Virus record (IMG/VR): IMGVR_UViG_3300005326_000058
Span: 1 to 50,488 of that record
Reading direction: 5' to 3' (one strand)
DNA length: 50,488 nt
Source of the DNA: a virus
Lineage: Duplodnaviria > Caudoviricetes
Numbering within the stretch: position 1 is the stretch's first letter; each line of letters opens with the position of its first letter. This document shows positions 25,817 through 34,224 of the stretch, one piece after another. Under the pieces are notes generated by a model. That model was not told the origin of the DNA, did no database searches, and worked only from the letters and a program-made list of their open reading frames with translations. The position numbers and the translations under genes are program-made.

Positions 25817-27003
25817 CCGTTTAATTCATTTTCTTCACGTTCTAATTCTTCCCTTATCTTATCACGGTTTTCCAGGGCCTTGATTTTAAGTTTATGCTCC
25901 TTTAATTCCTGGAGAATCTGTTGATTGATTTCTTTCATTTCCTGCAGGGCTTCACTTTCCCGCTCTACCGTGGTGATATTTTCTTTGAATGTAATCCGGT
26001 GTAATCCTTTCTTATATTCTTCTAATAAGTTTTTATCATTCTTCTTAAAGTAATTACGGTCCACCCCTGCCATTTTATGACCCATCATGAGCCTTATCTT
26101 TCGGTAGTCAAGGCCTTCATCATCCAGTTCATTTGCAAAGAACACCCTGAAAGATTTTGAAGTTACATAGCTGTAATTCCCCACCTGTTTACCTTTCCAT
26201 CCTAGATTTTTGTTCTGTCTCAGGAGATAAACCCGTACAGCTTCATAACCTAACCTGGTTTGTTTCCCCCGGGCCCTGAATAATGGTACCTCCAGGTTTT
26301 CAGGTGGATGGCTCGTCATGTAAAATAGAATGTTGTGCAAGGATTCAGGACTGCTATATGTGATGTGTTGCTGATCTGTTTTGATTCTCCACATACGCCA
26401 TACTGGTATGATTTCAGGGTATTTCTCACTAATTTCATATAGACCTTCCAGGCTGTTTACTTCGGTTTCTTCAATCTCGGATAATTTGAAATAGTAATTC
26501 ACTGCCCGGATGAGTTCTTTCACTGTGATACTGCTGGCGTCTGCATAGTTCATTGCAGTGCTGGCCATGAATGTGAACAGTGCCTCGTATTGTACGTTGC
26601 AGAACTGGAATAATCTTTGCATGTCCTGGTATTGTGGGAGGTCTTCATAGAGTACATAATATGATTTGGGTACTCCTTTAATTTCCTTCTCGGGAGTTTT
26701 AACTTCAAAGTAACGGTAGAACATCTTTATTATTGTCATTATGTTCTTTATATTCGCATTCCCGAACTCCCTATCATTCTGGAGGTAGTCAACGAAAGAA
26801 TCAAAATGGTCACTGATTTCCCGTTCATCCATCCAGGGGTGTTTTGTCTGGTCTTCCCTGGCTTCCCGGATTAATTCAGTGGGTGTTTTATTTAAATAAG
26901 AAGTGTAATAATTTATTTCCTTAATATACCGCCCAATTGTGCTTTGTTTTCGCTGTTTTGCTTTGAGGAATTTCTGGAGTTGGCGGTCCTGGGTGATGTC
27001 CAT
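25813..27003 (-). CDS. int: Tyrosine recombinase / integrase
   Basis: Core-binding N-domain; KSFR.FFANEL and MMGH...NY catalytic region; coiled-coil tail; TATA ~25 bp upstream of the ATG suggests a leaderless mRNA. Confidence 0.9.
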   Translation of the reverse strand: MDITQDRQLQKFLKAKQRKQSTIGRYIKEINYYTSYLNKTPTELIREAREDQTKHPWMDEREISDHFDSFVDYLQNDREFGNANIKNIMTIIKMFYRYFEVKTPEKEIKGVPKSYYVLYEDLPQYQDMQRLFQFCNVQYEALFTFMASTAMNYADASSITVKELIRAVNYYFKLSEIEETEVNSLEGLYEISEKYPEIIPVWRMWRIKTDQQHITYSSPESLHNILFYMTSHPPENLEVPLFRARGKQTRLGYEAVRVYLLRQNKNLGWKGKQVGNYSYVTSKSFRVFFANELDDEGLDYRKIRLMMGHKMAGVDRNYFKKNDKNLLEEYKKGLHRITFKENITTVERESEALQEMKEINQQILQELKEHKLKIKALENRDKIREELEREENELNG

Positions 27004-27237
27004 GGAACTATGTATTGAAAAAAGGAGTATATATTATATTTCCAGGTGGGTTGTTTCCCGAACAATAAGTGATGGGACTTCTTTAGTTTCTAGGCATATT
27101 TTGTTCGGGACAGTTGGATTTATGGAATTTTTCATAGTGATAGTTTTGTTGGTTGCAGGTTAAAAATAATGATCTAACTATTAGGTTCCATGGTGTTGGT
27201 AGGTTCCTTATCCTTGGGTTGCAACCTAATGGTTAAT

Positions 27238-27567
27238 TTAATCAACCCATTCAAGAAAACTAAATCCAAAATCTTTAATCCCCTCTAAATAAACAATTCT
27301 ACAATTAAAAAGTTTAAGTAACCTCATATCATGATAAGGCATTGCATTCTCAATAAATTGTTTTTCAACATGATGTTCCCATTCTCTTGGAATGAAAATA
27401 GTGTTTACTCCTTCAGGACTGCAAGCCATGGCTTTTGTATATTTTTCACCTGCAATGCTTATTAAATCCCTAAATTCTTCTGTTTTCAGGAATTTAATTT
27501 CATCCCCATTGTTAAATACATTTATACTATGTTTTTCTGGTTTCATGGTTATCTCCTTATTCTCCAT
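27238..27567 (-). CDS. Hypothetical protein
   Basis: ORF in the minus-strand operon. Confidence 0.55.
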   Translation of the reverse strand: MENKEITMKPEKHSINVFNNGDEIKFLKTEEFRDLISIAGEKYTKAMACSPEGVNTIFIPREWEHHVEKQFIENAMPYHDMRLLKLFNCRIVYLEGIKDFGFSFLEWVD

Positions 27568-27793
27568 TTATACAATCACCACAAACAAATCCAAAATCAA
27601 ATTCAATCCCTTTGCTAACGTCTTTAAGTTCATGACATTTACAACATTCTTCTGGTTTCATTCAATCCCCTCCTTTACACCCTCCAAAATAATTACATTC
27701 TTCATTATGTTTATCATAATGTTCACAGGAGCCTTGACAATAGGTATATTCTTCCCACATCTTTTTAAGGATGCAATATACCCATATTTTCAT

Positions 27794-28030
27794 TCAATGT
27801 CCCCCTTCATCGTCAATAACCCTTACCCATTCTCCATTTTTCCAGACGAGCTTATATCTATTTGTAGTCAAAAGACTAAGTTGTTCCAATGCGTTGTTGA
27901 TGTGTTCAATGGCTACTTTAAACTCCGATTCCCATATTCCCCCTAATGCTTCCCAGTTTTTACGCATGGCTTCATTATTCTTTTTAATGTTCTCTTCATT
28001 GTAGGCAACCATTTTGTGTCCCTCCTTCAA
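27794..28030 (-). CDS. Hypothetical protein
   Basis: ORF in the operon; the likely start is MVAYNE after GGAGG. Confidence 0.55.
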   Translation of the reverse strand: MKEGHKMVAYNEENIKKNNEAMRKNWEALGGIWESEFKVAIEHINNALEQLSLLTTNRYKLVWKNGEWVRVIDDEGGH

Positions 28031-28371
28031 ACCCCTTTCTTTTTAACGCCCATTAGTCCATAACCGGTACTTTAAAACCTCATTAATTGTATCAATTGTT
28101 ATCAATTCAATTTTTCTTTGTATTGTTAAACCCCTTCCAAACCTGTGATTCAATAAATATTGGATGGATTCTCTCATGTTTTTTCATCCCCCTAATCAAT
28201 CCCCTTAATAATACAATTTATTAAACTTCCATTCTTCATTATTTAAGCCCGATTCTTTTTTAATAGAACATGCGATACACAATGTTTTATTCCCAGATTT
28301 ACAATGTCCTACGGTTACATTACCACATTCATCACAGTACGTTACTCCATTTACCATAGTTCCCATTTTAA

Positions 28372-28548
28372 TCATTCCCCTTTATCATCTTCCTTTTCAC
28401 CCCTTTCCAGAAGCAACACTTGTACTTTACAACCTATCCATTCTTTAGGGAGGTACACAGCCCCGGCGTTGCCTCCTTTACGGACTATTTTGGTTTCCAT
28501 GTCGTAGATTTTGGATTCTATCTTTGATGGGAGAGTGTCTTTACTCAT
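28372..28548 (-). CDS. DUF2080 / AbrB-like small protein (58 aa)
   Basis: Hand translation ...KIVRKGGNAGAVYLPKEWIGCKVQVLLL; the only frame shown in the ORF track is the antisense one. Confidence 0.8.
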   Translation of the reverse strand: MSKDTLPSKIESKIYDMETKIVRKGGNAGAVYLPKEWIGCKVQVLLLERGEKEDDKGE

Positions 28549-28549
28549 G

Positions 28550-28966
28550 TTAACAATGTCCTAAGGCTCTATGTTCGTCATAACTTATCCCTGCAAATAT
28601 TTTAAATGAATTTGAAACCTCAATATTAAGTTTATCACATACTTCAATTATAGCAGGAGCACCATACGGATCATATAAAGAATCATCATTGATTATTTTA
28701 GCCAGATCATCACGCCCCATCGCTACAAAAAAATCTTGTAAGTATTCAATATTAAAACCAGCACTGATGCCCCTACATCCTTTTGATTTTTCAAATGAGA
28801 ATATTAAGCGACTGGCAAAGTCTTTTACTATACTATTTAAACTAATATCCCTAAATTCTTCTTTATAGGTCTTATTTATTTGTTCTTGATTTCTTTTTAA
28901 TTCATTCTGTTCTATAAATTCTTCGACCTTTTTTCCTTCTTTAAGTTCATCTGCTTTGAATAACAT
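28550..28966 (-). CDS. Hypothetical protein
   Basis: GGTGA RBS; TATA-like element at ~28985-29005. Confidence 0.65.
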   Translation of the reverse strand: MLFKADELKEGKKVEEFIEQNELKRNQEQINKTYKEEFRDISLNSIVKDFASRLIFSFEKSKGCRGISAGFNIEYLQDFFVAMGRDDLAKIINDDSLYDPYGAPAIIEVCDKLNIEVSNSFKIFAGISYDEHRALGHC

Positions 28967-29055
28967 GGTTTATCACCATGATTTATTATATACTTCATAC
29001 TATAAGTATTTTTCCTTTATATTTCCCATGAAGTTTTAAGATGAGTTTTAAAATT

Positions 29056-29087
29056 CTACTTCGTTAAACGGTACTATACCGAAGTTC
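29056..29087. other. dif/loxP-like imperfect palindrome (11-6-11), copy B; attP or operator candidate
   Basis: ACTTCGTTAAA-CGGTAC-TATACCGAAGT in a divergent intergenic region. Confidence 0.6.
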
Positions 29088-29183
29088 AACCTGTTACAAT
29101 TTGTAATGGTTTCAACTATTCTCAATATGGAAACAACTAAATTAACCATTAAATATATTAACTATGTGAATCTAATAATTATT

Positions 29184-29303
29184 ATGAACACCACAATACC
29201 AATAACTAAAAAGACAAAGGAAAGGTTAAAAAAGTATGGGAAGATGGGAGAAACTTGGGACTCACTTCTTAATAGAATATTAGATGAATGTAAAAAGAAA
29301 TGA
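29184..29303 (+). CDS. Small RHH antitoxin-like protein (39 aa)
   Basis: MNTTIPITKKTKERLKKYGKMGETWDSLLNRILD; TAAATATA ~27 bp upstream suggests a leaderless mRNA. Confidence 0.8.
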   Translation: MNTTIPITKKTKERLKKYGKMGETWDSLLNRILDECKKK

Positions 29304-29315
29304 TGGGGGAGTTAA

Positions 29316-29621
29316 ATGAGTAATTTGATAGTTAAAAATTTAGATTTACAGCAACTATACAGTCATCTATTCACATTAGAAAAGAATGATGAAAAAATTG
29401 AGTATATAATAACAATCAATGCAGATTATGAAGAAACCAAATTATTAATTAACGCCCATATAATCAAGAGTGCAAAAAACTTTATAGAAAATAAGGAGAT
29501 TGGAGATGTATTCAAATTCATTAAAGATAAAGGATATTTTATTAAGGTTGAATATGCAACTGAAACTGATAAATACTCTGGTAAAATCAAACAGTTTCAA
29601 GATATTTTAAATAAAGATTAA
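29316..29621 (+). CDS. Hypothetical protein
   Basis: GGGGAG RBS; AT-rich plus-strand operon. Confidence 0.65.
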   Translation: MSNLIVKNLDLQQLYSHLFTLEKNDEKIEYIITINADYEETKLLINAHIIKSAKNFIENKEIGDVFKFIKDKGYFIKVEYATETDKYSGKIKQFQDILNKD

Positions 29622-29644
29622 AGTATAAAAAAGGTTTGATTTAA

Positions 29645-29869
29645 ATGGAAAATGCAAACAATGATTTAGATACTTCTTTAAACGATATAATCAAGGAATT
29701 AGTTAATAATGGAGAACTTGAAGAACTAAGAAGAATAAAGGAGGCATTATATAATAAATATGTTTTTCTCGAAGATTTAATTGAACAGATTGAAAAATCA
29801 AGGTTTGAAAAGGATCTGATTAGTAGCTGTCTTGGAGATTTGGAAGGGATTAAGATAATCAAAGATTAA
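29645..29869 (+). CDS. Hypothetical helical protein
   Basis: Third gene of the plus-strand operon. Confidence 0.6.
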   Translation: MENANNDLDTSLNDIIKELVNNGELEELRRIKEALYNKYVFLEDLIEQIEKSRFEKDLISSCLGDLEGIKIIKD

Positions 29870-29874
29870 AAAAG

Positions 29875-29908
29875 AAGGGATTAAAAGAAGTTAATCCTTT
29901 AATCCCTT
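29875..29908. terminator. Hairpin between convergent genes
   Basis: AAGGGATTAAA...TTTAATCCCTT 11-bp inverted repeat, followed by oligo-T on the minus strand. Confidence 0.65.
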
Positions 29909-29932
29909 AAATATATTGGTTCTAATTGTTTA

Positions 29933-30619
29933 TTATGTGATCCCATCATCCGTGTTGACCCAATGTTCATCAATCACCACTGGTTTAGCATAACTCGAAC
30001 ACCAGTAACTCCCAATATCATAATCACTACTGGCAGCAGCTGCTAAATCAACATTAACCCAATTGCTCCCTAACTCGTAGCCTTTAACTTGGAGTATGAT
30101 GTGTCCCCCGCTTTTGCAGGTTACACGGCAGTAACGGACATCATACCATAAGTCCTTAGCCACTGCAAAGCCTAACTGGGAGTGGTCAGTACAATTAAGG
30201 GATTGGTTGTTGGTTAATCGTTTAATCTCATCACCTAAACCGTACACGTCATTGTAGTAGCCTTCCCAGGACTTCTTTTTGATTTGGTTGTAGTATTCTG
30301 TGAAGGTTGTATAGGTTCCTACGGCTTTTTCTACGGCTTGGTGTAGGCTTGATTTCTCTGTTGGAGGTTTATTGGTTGGTGTTGGGGGTTGGAAGTAGAT
30401 TTTAGTCGGTTCAACTCCGTTATCATTGACATATTTCATATAACGCATACGCATTGACTGGAAGGTTGGGAATAACACCCAATCCTTCTTAGTTGCAATG
30501 TCAATATAGACTTTTTCCGGGTCCGTTCCTTTAGTGTTAAACCAGTTATCTACACGATTTGCCATGTCCCATAATTTAGAAAGTGACACGTAGCCATCTG
30601 TTTTACTTAAATCAGCCAT
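29933..30619 (-). CDS. Pseudomurein endoisopeptidase-like endolysin (PeiW/PeiP-type)
   Basis: LNCTD...YC.V.C..GGH..LQV.G..W..VDLAAA Cys-His-Asp triad; N-terminal region resembling pseudomurein-binding repeats; Pro/Thr linker. Confidence 0.85.
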   Translation of the reverse strand: MADLSKTDGYVSLSKLWDMANRVDNWFNTKGTDPEKVYIDIATKKDWVLFPTFQSMRMRYMKYVNDNGVEPTKIYFQPPTPTNKPPTEKSSLHQAVEKAVGTYTTFTEYYNQIKKKSWEGYYNDVYGLGDEIKRLTNNQSLNCTDHSQLGFAVAKDLWYDVRYCRVTCKSGGHIILQVKGYELGSNWVNVDLAAAASSDYDIGSYWCSSYAKPVVIDEHWVNTDDGIT

Positions 30620-30632
30620 AAAACAACCCCTA

Positions 30633-32273
30633 TTAAGCTATTTTATTAAGATCAGATTTGTAGAAGATTGTGAAATCATCACCATCTGATATGGTGCTTA
30701 AATCCACTGTTCCATTGGTCGCTGATACCGTTGGGATTGTAAGGTTAGCATTTGCCTTCTTAACCTTATAAACATCAGTTGTGGCAGTTATACGGTTACT
30801 TAACCCTACAACATCATTCCATCCTACAGATAATGTTTCGTCGGTGTTTGCAGCGAACCCAACAACATTAGTCACCGTTGCAAATGGTATAATTCCTGCA
30901 ATGGTTGTATTATTCGCAGTCATGGCAATGGTTTCCGTTCGACTAATTCCACGTGCATCAACCCCAGTAACAACAACATTCCCGGATTTAGGTGTTCCGG
31001 TTCCTGCTTGAGTCACTGTTAAACATCTGGGTACATCTGGGCTGGTTACATCTGTATGAGTTCCTGATAAGTCTTGTATGGCTGTGTGAACCCCATCAAC
31101 ATCTGTAACCTGGCAGTCCATGAACATGTCTTGATGACGGTCATAACTTTTACTCCCCCCTCCTTGAGTTCGCACAGCCCCTGTAGTTGCAATTATCCCC
31201 ATGTTTCCTTCAATCACGTTCAAATCACAATTCGCATCTGACTCATTAATATTATATCTTGCTTTTTTAGTGAGGGCGTAGGAACTGACAATATTTCCAA
31301 TGATCGTGTTATATACAGACGGAGTCCCTGATTCTGAAGCTAAACATATTTCGTCATACGCATGATCGGTGTTGTTATCATTTGCAGATATAGTATTTCC
31401 CATTATAGTGCAATAGGAAGCCCCATCCAAAAATAAGCCGTGCTGAGTGTTTGCTATTATGTTTGAGTTCATGATTGATACTTTACTGTTTTTATAGATG
31501 TGGACTCCGTGTGTGGTGTTATGATTTATATGTGAGTTTCCGATAGTGATCTTTGTAGGATTAGACCCAACACTCCCATCTGCATATACCCCTATTACGT
31601 TGCTGTTAATACTTGTGTTGTTGATAGCTATGTTTCCCGCCCCATTAACCCAAATTCCTTTATCTGAATTGCTGTTTATTTGGCAATTGTTGATTTTTAA
31701 GTATTCTCCTTCATCCCCAAGGATTATTCCGTTTCGGTTGTTGTTGAAAAAACATTGTGATATAATGTGTCCAGGGATGTTTGAAGCATTCCCATAATAG
31801 TAAAGGCCGGCGTTAACCCCATAAAATCCCCAGATGTTTCTGATCATTATCCCTGCACATTGATATATTGTGAGTAATGATTGTATGTTCACAGCGTCGT
31901 ATGTTTGATGAGTTTTATCCCCAAAGAGGTATAGATCAGAAACTCGTGCATAGCTCACGTTATTCAGGTGAATAAGGGGGTTTACGTTAGTTGATGTTTG
32001 GGGTTGTATTTTGGTGGCGTTTCCTGTTCCTTTAAGGTGGCAGTATGATGGCACATTTATTGTTGCTGAAACCGTGTATATCCCTTCGGTTAAATACACG
32101 GATCCTGTGCCTATTGTGGTTAATGCGGCGTTGATTTCCACTTCATCAGCGGTTCCATCACAAACATAATCCGCTCCCCTTTTACTCCGTGCACTTGCGT
32201 TACTGGCAGCGACTATGAGCGTGGCACTTCTCCCCCGGCTTAATGCTCGGTTAAGTGATAGGTTAGTGTTCAT
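30633..32273 (-). CDS. Tailspike/adhesin with right-handed beta-helix
   Basis: ADYVCDGTADEVEINAA.....G.V.L.EG.Y cap followed by Asn-ladder repeats (I.NC.I..N...GI). Confidence 0.85.
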   Translation of the reverse strand: MNTNLSLNRALSRGRSATLIVAASNASARSKRGADYVCDGTADEVEINAALTTIGTGSVYLTEGIYTVSATINVPSYCHLKGTGNATKIQPQTSTNVNPLIHLNNVSYARVSDLYLFGDKTHQTYDAVNIQSLLTIYQCAGIMIRNIWGFYGVNAGLYYYGNASNIPGHIISQCFFNNNRNGIILGDEGEYLKINNCQINSNSDKGIWVNGAGNIAINNTSINSNVIGVYADGSVGSNPTKITIGNSHINHNTTHGVHIYKNSKVSIMNSNIIANTQHGLFLDGASYCTIMGNTISANDNNTDHAYDEICLASESGTPSVYNTIIGNIVSSYALTKKARYNINESDANCDLNVIEGNMGIIATTGAVRTQGGGSKSYDRHQDMFMDCQVTDVDGVHTAIQDLSGTHTDVTSPDVPRCLTVTQAGTGTPKSGNVVVTGVDARGISRTETIAMTANNTTIAGIIPFATVTNVVGFAANTDETLSVGWNDVVGLSNRITATTDVYKVKKANANLTIPTVSATNGTVDLSTISDGDDFTIFYKSDLNKIA

Positions 32274-32795
32274 TTATGATGCAACCCCTATGATGGTTGT
32301 GTTGGCACTTGCACCTGTGAGTGTGGTTAAGTCCATTCTTATTTCTTCAAATCCTTCAATGTCAAAGAGCCATACTTCGCTTCCGGTTCCGGTTGTTCCA
32401 TCGTCTTCTGTTCCATAGTCGGGTGCTTTGAATCCGTTGATGGCTACGAATGTGTCGTCTATTGCTCCGAGGAAGTCCACTTGTCGGGTTGCCGGGGTTA
32501 CGGTTGATTTTATGAGTACTCGGAGTGTTTTGTATCCTGCGTTTGTGAAGTCTGTTCCATCGGCGGCGGCGGTTGCTGCGTTGTGGAATGTGTGTTGTGT
32601 GGTTCCGTTTTTAACGTTCACGGGGTCGGAGGCTCCACCCGACGGGGCCGCAGCTCCGGTGCTATCTATAAGTTGGGCCCTGGTGTCCAATGACATCCTA
32701 TCTTCACCATCACCATCTGTCCAGTTATGCCCTGTTAAGCTTCTAACGCCATTACTGGCGAGGTTCATTATCTTCGCTTTAATTCCTAATACCAT
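32274..32795 (-). CDS. Putative structural beta-sandwich protein
   Basis: Thr/Gly/Ala-rich; within the tail-fibre region. Confidence 0.6.
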   Translation of the reverse strand: MVLGIKAKIMNLASNGVRSLTGHNWTDGDGEDRMSLDTRAQLIDSTGAAAPSGGASDPVNVKNGTTQHTFHNAATAAADGTDFTNAGYKTLRVLIKSTVTPATRQVDFLGAIDDTFVAINGFKAPDYGTEDDGTTGTGSEVWLFDIEGFEEIRMDLTTLTGASANTTIIGVAS

Positions 32796-32890
32796 GGTTC
32801 AATTCCTCCTATATAGGGGTTTCTAACAATTTTTTTACAGATCTGTTTTTGAAAAAATTTAATAATAAGAAAAGGTAAGAAAATATAATC

Positions 32891-33373
32891 ATGAAAAGGT
32901 GGGGAATGATTTTAGTAATGATTGGATTGATTGGAGGTAGCCTGTATGCTGGTTTCTACACTACAACAGCCATAGCATTCCCTCAGAACCCATCCACTTA
33001 TGCTTACTTTGAAGAAATAGCTGACATGCCTTATGTCAGACATTCATATATTACCTCATTAGATGAGTATTGGCAAGATGGGGGGGACTGTGATGATAGG
33101 GCGTATCATTTCCGTAAATATTTAGAAAATAAGGGAGAAAGAAACATATACTCTTTGTCAGTACAAAGAGTAGTCAATGGTTCAATAGTAAAGCCATTTA
33201 ATGATACTCAAGGCCATAGTTTTATTTTATGGAATGGGAAAGTGTACGATGCTCAGAATTCTAAAAATAAAAGAATTTACAATGTAAATTTAGATGAGTA
33301 TTTAGCTAATCTTAAATCAGAATATGGGTATAACACCTTATATTTAGAAGATGATCCAATAGCCTCATTTTAA
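32891..33373 (+). CDS. Membrane-anchored transglutaminase-like cysteine protease, counter-oriented
   Basis: N-terminal signal/TM helix; GDCDD.A...GH.F..WNG..YD triad. Confidence 0.75.
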   Translation: MKRWGMILVMIGLIGGSLYAGFYTTTAIAFPQNPSTYAYFEEIADMPYVRHSYITSLDEYWQDGGDCDDRAYHFRKYLENKGERNIYSLSVQRVVNGSIVKPFNDTQGHSFILWNGKVYDAQNSKNKRIYNVNLDEYLANLKSEYGYNTLYLEDDPIASF

Positions 33374-34221
33374 ATATATCCTACAACCAATATTCGTACA
33401 TTATCATAATTCCATGCACTTGTGCTTACTGATGCACTATTCCAAGTAGAGGAACTGTTATTCCTAATATCTATTTCAACTTGACTAGTTGAAGGATTCC
33501 AATCAGCCCAGTTTAAAGTTAACTGGCCATTTCCATCTATAATAGTTGGATAGGCCCCAATAACCGTTTTGAACTTAGAATTGTATGACCACCCATAACT
33601 GCCCCCCGCCCCCGCTAATAAATTTCCTTTGAATTGCCCTCTTACTTGTTCGGTGATTAATTGAGTCCCATAAGTTGAAATATCTTGAGTACGTGCTAAA
33701 TTTCTCATCCCAATGTGGGCAGTGTATGGATCCCCATTCATTACCTCATTATTTCCCACTTTTTCAAACATAACATAGTCTAAAATAGCATCGTTTGAAA
33801 GTTGAGGGGAGGTTTTAACCACTAATCTATGACTTTTATTGGCATCTAAACTTTTGTTAATAAAAAGACCATAGTCATGTATGTGTTCAATAAAATTAAG
33901 GTCATATTGATACAATATTCCATTAGAATATATCGTTGTATCTTCTTCCATCAATGTGTCATCTTCGTATATTTCGATTCGCATTAAAGGAGTCCCTTGG
34001 ATTGTTGATGTTGTACTGTCATAAAAGAACCCAATGTTATAAGTTCCACCTAATACTCCCGCTGGTATTTCCCGGGTGTCCATTATAATAGTGTCTGGGT
34101 CAAATGCCATCACAGCCTGCCCATTGAAATATGCTCCTGTGATGGTTGAAACACTTTGTCCAGGGAATTTGGCTGCAGGGAATATGTTTGCACTGTTTCT
34201 TAGAATCCCTATACTTCCCAT
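33370..34221 (-). CDS. Putative tail fibre / receptor-binding protein
   Basis: Beta-rich; last gene of the tail-tip block; more AT-rich than upstream genes. Confidence 0.55.
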   Translation of the reverse strand: MGSIGILRNSANIFPAAKFPGQSVSTITGAYFNGQAVMAFDPDTIIMDTREIPAGVLGGTYNIGFFYDSTTSTIQGTPLMRIEIYEDDTLMEEDTTIYSNGILYQYDLNFIEHIHDYGLFINKSLDANKSHRLVVKTSPQLSNDAILDYVMFEKVGNNEVMNGDPYTAHIGMRNLARTQDISTYGTQLITEQVRGQFKGNLLAGAGGSYGWSYNSKFKTVIGAYPTIIDGNGQLTLNWADWNPSTSQVEIDIRNNSSSTWNSASVSTSAWNYDNVRILVVGYI

Positions 34222-34224
34222 TGT

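Noticed and set aside
27392-27946. 184-aa Phe/Ile-rich plus-strand ORF
   Set aside because: It is the shadow of Lys/Glu-rich minus-strand genes.
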